Shown: positions 25,964 through 32,000 of the stretch, piece after piece
Position numbering within the stretch: the stretch's first letter is position 1
How the letters are laid out: the number at the start of each line of letters is the position of its first letter
From: Copranaerobaculum intestinale
GTDB lineage: Bacteria > Bacillota_I > Bacilli_A > Erysipelotrichales > Erysipelotrichaceae
Reading direction: 5' to 3'
DNA length: 32,000 nt
Assembly: GCF_009831105.1 (NCBI RefSeq)
Contig: NZ_WUUQ01000001.1
Location: 270,001 to 302,000, forward strand
Notes under the pieces: generated by a model
The model's database searches: none
Told to the model about the DNA's origin: nothing
The model's input: the letters and a program-made list of their open reading frames with translations, nothing else
Made by a program: the position numbers and the translations under genes

Positions 25964-27109
25964 TTACTGATAATATTCTTCAAGCGTTTGACCACTGCTT
26001 TTCAGCTGTTTCGCTAAACTTGGTCCTACATATCGATAATGCCATGCTTCATATGCATATTGGGTTATATTGGTTTTGTTGCTAGGATACCGCAGTATCC
26101 ATCCATACTCATGGGCATGTGCAGAAAGCCATTTACCGGAAGCTGTACTTTCAAAATCACTGTGCAGCTGATAATCGCCGTTACTAATATCCAAAGCCAA
26201 TCCCATCTCATGTTCGCTTCTTCGTGGAAGTGCACTCAAAAATGGTGTGTTGACTGGATCTGCTGCATAATATTGATTATATAGATTCGCTTGATATGCC
26301 TGCGTTCGATAAGCACTGACCGCATTAATCGTAATTCCATCCTGTTCTGCCGCGTTCATCATCGCATTCCATGCCTGAGCCGCAACAGCCCTAAGCAGAA
26401 ATCCATTCTGGATAGTAACCAAATCAGAAGGTGCCCAGCCATCCGGCAGAATGTTCTGTTTATTTACCAGTGCGGTAATATCATTGGGATCAGCAACGAC
26501 ACGGACCTGAACATGAGATACAGATGGAGCTTGGACTGCTCCCTTTTTTAGAACCGTAACCTTTACCGTGAATACTGCCTGATTACCTGAGGAATCTTTT
26601 ACTGTATATGTGAGTTCATAATCACCCGGGGTATTACTGTCGACAGTTCCTTCCTGCTTTATTTGATCACTCATATCACCGTCATAATTATCTTCAGCTT
26701 TCAGCTCAAGCTGTTTCATATCAAAGCTGCTTCCCTGTTCAATTTCCAAAGTATTCTTTCCGGTAATCACTGGTGCTTTTTTATCTTCAACTGTTATATA
26801 GCGGTAAAACCTTTTCTCCTTATAAGAATACGTGATTTTATATGTACGCAGCTGTTTGAAATTCACTTTCGTATATATTAGCTTATCGGTTATGTCAGTA
26901 TTGCCTTCCTTCGCCGTTAGATGAAAAGATGTGGGTTTCAAAGACACTGTCTTACCATAGGAAATGGTTTCCCTGCACTCTTTTGCTTTTCCATTTTTTA
27001 TATAAAAAGCAATTTGCGGCTCATTGGATTGAAGCAAACTTATGATGACTGCCGCAAGCACAGCTATAATTCCAATAACAATACCAATTATGAGCTTCTT
27101 ATTTTTCAT
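25964..27109 (-). CDS. membrane-anchored D-alanyl-D-alanine carboxypeptidase (VanY / peptidase M15B) with Ig-like middle domain
   Basis: 381 aa. N-terminal TM helix (LIIGIVIGIIAVLAAVIISLL). The middle segment KAPVITGKN...GDYELTYTVKDSSGNQAVFTVKVTV resembles bacterial Ig-like/DUF5011-type domains. The C-terminus has the VanY pattern SAYRTQAYQ...SEHEMGLALDIS...EAWHYRYVG. Confidence 0.85.
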   Translation of the reverse strand: MKNKKLIIGIVIGIIAVLAAVIISLLQSNEPQIAFYIKNGKAKECRETISYGKTVSLKPTSFHLTAKEGNTDITDKLIYTKVNFKQLRTYKITYSYKEKRFYRYITVEDKKAPVITGKNTLEIEQGSSFDMKQLELKAEDNYDGDMSDQIKQEGTVDSNTPGDYELTYTVKDSSGNQAVFTVKVTVLKKGAVQAPSVSHVQVRVVADPNDITALVNKQNILPDGWAPSDLVTIQNGFLLRAVAAQAWNAMMNAAEQDGITINAVSAYRTQAYQANLYNQYYAADPVNTPFLSALPRRSEHEMGLALDISNGDYQLHSDFESTASGKWLSAHAHEYGWILRYPSNKTNITQYAYEAWHYRYVGPSLAKQLKSSGQTLEEYYQ

Positions 27110-27195
27110 AATCCTACCTCACTTCTAAACCGATATACGTACATTATATAGAATAACCTAAACAAAGGAAATGCTTTCACAAGATAACTTGTAAT

Positions 27196-27220
27196 AAAAA
27201 AGTCCGAAATAAATCGAACC
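27196..27220 (-). terminator. possible weak terminator after the lipoprotein gene
   Basis: Minus strand: GGTTCGA-TTTATT-TCGGACT, a 7-bp stem with two G-U pairs, followed by TTTTT. Confidence 0.35.
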
Positions 27221-27226
27221 TTATTA

Positions 27227-28384
27227 TTATTTCCGGAAAGTAATACTGAAATCGGTCATTTCTCCTTTTTTATTATATTGAAAGCTGGTTTGCGCACCGA
27301 TATCATAATCATCTGTATATAAAGCATAATTCATTTCCAACCCATCCTTTGTATAGTACAGGCTGTGTGCCATGCCATATTGTTTCATAATATCCTTGGC
27401 TGAGGCAGAAGTATTCAGTCCCCCGGGAAGAACCATCTCAATATCATCTAAACCGATGATCTGCACATTTATACTTATGATTGGCATGGTTTTATCGATT
27501 TGAGTGCCTTCCTGATATACACCAGCAGCTGTTACACTCAGCCATGCATCATCCTTCGTAAGATAAATTTCAGTTGTGGTTTCATCCCCATAAGTGCTGT
27601 CAATCATCCAACCTTCATCCATCAGCGTACCCAGGGCGGAGTCTTTTCCTATTTCTATCGATCCGATTCTCACCTTCCCATTTAGCAATACATCATCATA
27701 TATCACCGAAGGTTCTGTTATATCCGTAAAGGCTTTATATCCAAATACATCCTTGAATGTAAATACCGTACTTTTATTTGCTTTCTTCTTCTTTTCAGCT
27801 CCCTCAAAATCAACCCTTTTCAGTTTAGTATTTTCAAATGAAAATGTAATCATCTCGCGTTTTTGATAATCTCCTTTTGATTCATAAATTAAGTAACTAT
27901 CCACGCTGCCCATAAACGAATTTACATAATAAGCGGAAGGCTGTCCATAAGCTTTTATTACATCCCTGATTGTTGATTTTTCCGTTATTTTTTTAGGAAG
28001 CTTAATCTTCATTCCGATTTCTTCCATATGGCTGATCGAAAATCTGGCGATTTGGGCGTCATTTACCTTAACAGCGTCATCCTCCCAATTCTTTAATAGA
28101 ACATTAATTTCTTGGTTTTCATCCTCTTTATTAGTTATGGTTGCGTATAGTTCCCCCAGATCATCAACCTTCTTTTTATCATTTTCAGTGTAGCTGATTT
28201 TCCAGTTATTCTGCATAAATTCATTGGCTGTTCCATAAATCTGCAGCGTACTGCCATTGATTTCAACTGCCATATCTGCTAAGGAATCAGTTTTCTTCGG
28301 TGTATCCTTTCCCCCAGAACCGCAGGCTGCAAGCATCGAAATCGATAACATCACGCAGACTGCATAAGCTGCTTTTATTTTCAT
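27227..28384 (-). CDS. lipoprotein of unknown function with two related halves
   Basis: 385 aa. Signal peptide plus lipobox (MLSISMLAAC-GSGG). AAGGAG RBS. Each half ends in a similar module (STIRDVIKAYGQPSAYY... and ASAKDIMKQYGMAHSLYY...). Confidence 0.75.
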   Translation of the reverse strand: MKIKAAYAVCVMLSISMLAACGSGGKDTPKKTDSLADMAVEINGSTLQIYGTANEFMQNNWKISYTENDKKKVDDLGELYATITNKEDENQEINVLLKNWEDDAVKVNDAQIARFSISHMEEIGMKIKLPKKITEKSTIRDVIKAYGQPSAYYVNSFMGSVDSYLIYESKGDYQKREMITFSFENTKLKRVDFEGAEKKKKANKSTVFTFKDVFGYKAFTDITEPSVIYDDVLLNGKVRIGSIEIGKDSALGTLMDEGWMIDSTYGDETTTEIYLTKDDAWLSVTAAGVYQEGTQIDKTMPIISINVQIIGLDDIEMVLPGGLNTSASAKDIMKQYGMAHSLYYTKDGLEMNYALYTDDYDIGAQTSFQYNKKGEMTDFSITFRK

Positions 28385-28476
28385 GATTCTTCTCCTTTTC
28401 TTTTATTTTATCATAGAAGATATTTTTTGGTAAATTAACAACTTTGCCATAAATTACATTTATCACAAAACAATGA

Positions 28477-28503
28477 TAAAAAAAGCAATGAATGATCATT
28501 GCT
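28477..28503 (-). terminator. Rho-independent terminator after nrdG
   Basis: Minus strand: AGCAATGA-TCAT-TCATTGCT, an 8-bp stem (28503-28496 with 28491-28484), followed by T7. The stem begins at the stop codon. Confidence 0.75.
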
Positions 28504-29024
28504 TAAAATTGATTCGATTTGTCATAGGATGAAAGAACAATCTTTTCATTCTTCAAGCTTTTCTGCACATCGATGATACGCTGATTTTTTGATCCTTTAA
28601 AATGAAGCCGATAGTCTTTTTGATCTTCCATGAATCGGCCGTCTACCAGAATATCAATTTCTTCAAGCAGCTTCTTGCGTGTTGGTTCCTTTACCAATTC
28701 TTCATATGTATAACCGCTGTAAGCCCACACAGAGAGGCCATCTTTCTTTGCTTCCTTGACGATTTCTAACAGGGCAATCGGTTGGTCAAATGGTTCTCCG
28801 CCGGATAAGGTCAATCCGGTTTGAAGCTGTGCATCGTGAATGGCCTGTATGATGACAGACGTATTTTCCTGAAACCCGCCTGTTACAGAGTGAGTCTGCG
28901 GATTGTGACAGCCTGGACAGTGATGCAGACATCCCTGTGTCCATATTACCATGCGGATCCCCGGTCCATCGACAATACTGTCATAGGTTAGCTTAGAAGC
29001 AAGCTGCAGCTGATTAGATTCCAT
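28503..29024 (-). CDS. nrdG: anaerobic ribonucleoside-triphosphate reductase activating protein (radical SAM)
   Basis: 173 aa. GPGIRMVIWTQGCLHHCPGCHNPQTH contains the CxxxCxxC-type cluster motif. Overlaps the nrdD stop by 11 nt. Confidence 0.92.
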   Translation of the reverse strand: MESNQLQLASKLTYDSIVDGPGIRMVIWTQGCLHHCPGCHNPQTHSVTGGFQENTSVIIQAIHDAQLQTGLTLSGGEPFDQPIALLEIVKEAKKDGLSVWAYSGYTYEELVKEPTRKKLLEEIDILVDGRFMEDQKDYRLHFKGSKNQRIIDVQKSLKNEKIVLSSYDKSNQF

Positions 29025-31365
29025 GTTTTACACGATCGTGCTCTTCAGCTGCTTTGGCATTGTTGAAGCGATCAACCGTTCCCACTAAATAGCCAGTAAT
29101 GCGTCTGATTTTTTCAAATTTACAGGCGCTCAATGTTTCATCTCTGCCACATTTCGGACAAATATGTGATTCAATGACACCGCTGTAGCCACATACTGGA
29201 TCGCGATCAACGGGATGATTAATACTGCCATAACCGATTCCGGACTCCTTCATACAGCGAATAATGGATTCAAATGCTTCTAAGTTTCCGCTGGGATCTC
29301 CGTCTACTTCTACGTAAGAGATATGGCCGGCATTTGTAAGGGTATGATACGGTGCTTCCTTCTGTATTTTGGCAAATGCAGTTATCGGATAATACACTGG
29401 TACATGGAACGAATTTGTATAGTAATCTCGATCCGTAACTCCCGGTAAGATGCCGTATGCTTTTTTATCCATGCGCGTGAAACGTCCGGATAATCCTTCG
29501 GCCGGTGTTGCAATCAATGAGAAATTTAACTGATACGTTGCTGACGCATCCTCCATTCGCGCTCTCATATGAGAAATAATTTTGATGCCGAGCTCCTGTG
29601 CTTGTTCACTTTCACCATGATGCTCTCCAATCAATGCCTTTAAGCATTCAGCAAGTCCGATAAATCCGATTGTCAGGGTTCCCTGTTTGATAACTTCGTT
29701 TAGCGTATCTTCCGCACCAAGCTTATCAGCACCGAGCCAAACCCCCTGTCCCATCAAGAACGGAAAATTTTTCACTTTTTTATTGCCCTGAATGACCATG
29801 CGTTCCAGCAGCTGTTCGATGACAGCATCAATTTTTTCATCCAGTTCATCAAAAAAACCACCTTCATCAAATTCACCGCCTAACACCACACCATGCTTGA
29901 TTCCCAGACGCGGCAGGTTGATGGTTGTGAAAGAGAGATTACCTCGTCCGGTAACAATTTCATCTCCGCATACATTACCGACTACACGGGTACGGCATCC
30001 CATATAGGTTGCTTCTGTTTCCGGATGACCCTCTTTATAGTACTGCAAATTAAACGGTGCGTCGATAAAGCTGAAATTCGGAAATAAACGCTTGGCGGAA
30101 ACTCGGCAACTCAATTTAAATAAATCATAATTGATATCCTGTTCATTAAAGTTTACACCCTCCTTAACTTTAAAAATAAGGATAGGAAAAATCGGAGTTT
30201 CTCCGTCTCCGAGCCCAGCCTCCTGAGCCAGCAGAAGATTACGGCTTACCATACGTCCTTGAGACGATGTGTCCGTACCGAAGTTAATGCTGGAGAACGG
30301 AACCTGTGCCCCGGCCCGAGAATGCATCGTATTCAAATTATGGATAAATGCCTCCATTGCCTGATACGTTTTTTTGTCTGTTTCCACATATGCTTCCTTA
30401 TATACAAATGCCTCAATTTTCTGAAGCATTTTCTCATCCAAACAAAATTCAGTTCTTAAATACTCACGCTGAATGTCGAGGTATGCATCATCCATATCAA
30501 GTGCCGGATAGGATAAATGTTCTGCCATTAGACTTTTCAACGCTTCTTTCACATCAATATCCGCATCGATGAATAAACGCAGAGCGCGATTCATATTGTT
30601 GATATATTCACGGCGGAATGTTTTGGTAATGCCCGGTGCCATATAGTAGTCAAATGCCGGAATGCTCTGTCCGCCATGCTGATCATTCTGATCACTCTGG
30701 ATTGCAATCGCTGCCAGAGCCGCGTAGCTTGTAATATCCTGCGGTTCCCGCAGAAAACCATGACCTGTGGAAAAGCCTCCTTCAAACAATTTATTTAAAT
30801 CAATTTGACAGCAGGTTAGTGTTCCCATATTCATAAAATCCATATCATGAATATGAATATCACCATTCTCATGAAGCTGAGCATGTCTTGGACTCATCAG
30901 CTCTGACATACAGAACTCACGCGATACTGTGCTGCCGTACTGAAGCATGGTACCCATTGCAGTATTGCCGTCAATATTGGCATTTTCACGTTTCACATCA
31001 GCATCTTTTGAATCCGCAAAGGTAATCTCACTGATATTTTTCATCAATCTGGTTTTCATGCTGCGAACACGGCTGCGTTCAGCTCGATACAGGATGTATG
31101 CCTCACTGGTTTTTGCATGACCGGATTCAATCAACGTTTTGACAACAGCATCTTGAACCTGCTCCACCGTTGGTTTACCGTTAGGATACAAGCGCTCAAG
31201 CATCCCTACTGCTTTAGCGGTCAGTGCTTCGGCAGTCTGATAATCTGCATCGCTTCCCTTTTCCTTTGCTACACTGGAAGCGGCAAGAAAAATAGCTCTG
31301 GTTATCTTCTCCGGTACAAAATGTATTTCTCTTCCATCTCGTTTTTGAATATGTGTAATCATCAT
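29014..31365 (-). CDS. nrdD: anaerobic ribonucleoside-triphosphate reductase (class III, glycyl radical)
   Basis: 783 aa. N-terminal ATP-cone (ITHIQKRDGREIHFVPEKITRAI). A C-terminal Zn-ribbon Cys pairs (CGYSG...CPKCG). Glycyl-radical motif RRITGYLVG. GGGAG RBS. The start could be either of two adjacent ATGs. Confidence 0.93.
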   Translation of the reverse strand: MMITHIQKRDGREIHFVPEKITRAIFLAASSVAKEKGSDADYQTAEALTAKAVGMLERLYPNGKPTVEQVQDAVVKTLIESGHAKTSEAYILYRAERSRVRSMKTRLMKNISEITFADSKDADVKRENANIDGNTAMGTMLQYGSTVSREFCMSELMSPRHAQLHENGDIHIHDMDFMNMGTLTCCQIDLNKLFEGGFSTGHGFLREPQDITSYAALAAIAIQSDQNDQHGGQSIPAFDYYMAPGITKTFRREYINNMNRALRLFIDADIDVKEALKSLMAEHLSYPALDMDDAYLDIQREYLRTEFCLDEKMLQKIEAFVYKEAYVETDKKTYQAMEAFIHNLNTMHSRAGAQVPFSSINFGTDTSSQGRMVSRNLLLAQEAGLGDGETPIFPILIFKVKEGVNFNEQDINYDLFKLSCRVSAKRLFPNFSFIDAPFNLQYYKEGHPETEATYMGCRTRVVGNVCGDEIVTGRGNLSFTTINLPRLGIKHGVVLGGEFDEGGFFDELDEKIDAVIEQLLERMVIQGNKKVKNFPFLMGQGVWLGADKLGAEDTLNEVIKQGTLTIGFIGLAECLKALIGEHHGESEQAQELGIKIISHMRARMEDASATYQLNFSLIATPAEGLSGRFTRMDKKAYGILPGVTDRDYYTNSFHVPVYYPITAFAKIQKEAPYHTLTNAGHISYVEVDGDPSGNLEAFESIIRCMKESGIGYGSINHPVDRDPVCGYSGVIESHICPKCGRDETLSACKFEKIRRITGYLVGTVDRFNNAKAAEEHDRVKHGI

Positions 31366-31386
31366 ATTATCTCCCTATGTCTTCAT

Positions 31387-31418
31387 AAAAAACGGCACAG
31401 TAATATTTTCTTACTGTG
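31387..31418 (-). promoter_or_regulatory. terminator-like hairpin in the nrdD 5' leader
   Basis: Minus strand: CACAGTAA-GAAAATA-TTACTGTG (31418-31396), then CCG and TTTTTT (31392-31387), ending about 14 nt before the GGGAG RBS of nrdD. Confidence 0.4.
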
Positions 31419-31496
31419 TTCGTTCTTTTGTCAGAATTATTTCTGCCTGTTTATTTTACCATAAATCAAAGGAAAATCGATTTGAAATTAATTTCA

Positions 31497-31525
31497 TTAG
31501 TACCGATAATCGGTTACATTCACAA
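31497..31525 (-). promoter_or_regulatory. possible nrdDG promoter with an embedded 13-bp palindrome
   Basis: Minus strand: TTGTGA (31525-31520), 17-18 nt spacer, TACTAAT (31502-31496). The perfect palindrome ACCGAT-A-ATCGGT (31502-31514) fills the spacer. Confidence 0.35.
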
Positions 31526-31560
31526 GGCAAAGCAATAGGTTATCTGTATCTTCGAGTATG

Positions 31561-31583
31561 AAAAAAAGACTGCCTGGCAGTCC
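31561..31583 (-). terminator. Rho-independent terminator after rsmI
   Basis: Minus strand: GGACTGCC-A-GGCAGTC followed by T7, starting directly after the rsmI stop codon. Confidence 0.88.
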
Positions 31584-32000
31584 TTACTGTTGATGATATA
31601 GCTGATAAAGCTCATTCTTAGATACTTTATGAAGATCGGCTGCAGTTTGTACGGCAGCTTTTGCCCGCATTCCATCATTGACAAATTGCTGTACATCAAT
31701 CAAAGCCTTTTGCAGCAAATCATCCTTTGATTCACAAGCAGCCGCCCCGGCAATCACAATTACCATTTCTCCTTTCAGCTCTTCATCAATATTCAGTATT
31801 TCAGATATTGTTCCGCGGATAAACTCTTCATGCTTTTTTGTCAGCTCCCGAGCAAGACACATTTTTCGATCACCTAACTCTCGAAGACAGCTCATCAGCA
31901 TTTTACGCACTCGATGAGGAGCCTCATAAAAGATCAGAGTCTGAGGATACTGCGCCAATGCATGCAGCTGTACCGTACGCTCCTTTTCACTGCTTCCCAA
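31584..32000 (-). CDS. rsmI: 16S rRNA (cytidine1402-2'-O)-methyltransferase, C-terminal part (gene continues beyond the right edge)
   Basis: The motifs TLIFYEAPHR and ARELTKKHEEF are RsmI-typical. The frame is open to the window edge, so the track's start is an edge artefact. Confidence 0.8.
   Translation of the reverse strand: MGSSEKERTVQLHALAQYPQTLIFYEAPHRVRKMLMSCLRELGDRKMCLARELTKKHEEFIRGTISEILNIDEELKGEMVIVIAGAAACESKDDLLQKALIDVQQFVNDGMRAKAAVQTAADLHKVSKNELYQLYHQQ

Noticed and set aside
28287-28499. 70-aa minus-strand ORF overlapping the lipoprotein start and its upstream region.
   Set aside because: It is out of frame with the lipoprotein gene and overlaps it, it runs across the lipoprotein's RBS, and it has no RBS of its own.
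31366-31560. Cobalamin riboswitch, NrdR boxes or a Rex/CRP-type site upstream of nrdD.
   Set aside because: The leader is too short and has no B12-box-like sequence. I saw no 16-bp acaCwAtATaTwGtgt-like palindrome. TTGTGAA at 31525-31519 is only a half-site with no matching TTCACAA partner.
1-32000. CRISPR arrays, tRNA/rRNA genes, IS elements, integrases, and defence-system hallmarks such as nucleases, helicases, methyltransferases and toxin-antitoxin pairs.
   Set aside because: Nothing of this kind is visible. All long ORFs are accounted for by metabolic, transport or envelope functions, and no spaced direct-repeat array is present.

Overview
Chromosomal segment from a low-GC Gram-positive (Bacillota) genome. 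The codon style, SD-type RBSs and gene content suggest an Erysipelotrichia/Clostridia-like organism, but that is inference only. I found no rRNA, tRNA, CRISPR array, transposase or integrase. Layout from left to right: (1) the 3' end of a conserved hypothetical gene. (2) A minus-strand de novo purine operon, purE-purK-purL-purC-purF-purM-purN-purH (474-11090), preceded by a textbook guanine riboswitch with its terminator and promoter (11214-11406). (3) A small membrane-protein gene. (4) A plus-strand nine-gene accessory locus (12228-18858). It holds a HutC/GntR regulator, a complete mannose-family PTS (IIB, IIC, IID and a stand-alone IIA), two small paralogous amidohydrolase-fold proteins, a divergent eIF2B-like (IF-2B family) protein and a BtpA/SgcQ-family protein. 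This is the best candidate for an uncharacterised system in the window. (5) An AT-rich stretch of about 1.5 kb with small, partly decayed membrane-protein ORFs. (6) An aromatic amino-acid operon, aroB-aroC-DAHP synthase-aroA-tyrA (20600-25890), preceded by a candidate 13-codon Tyr/Phe-rich leader peptide and alternative hairpins that look like a ribosome-mediated attenuator. (7) A membrane-anchored VanY-type peptidase and a lipoprotein. (8) nrdD-nrdG (anaerobic ribonucleotide reductase) with an unusual leader. (9) The 3' end of rsmI. Product calls rest on motifs read from the translations and on recalled family signatures. No searches were run.
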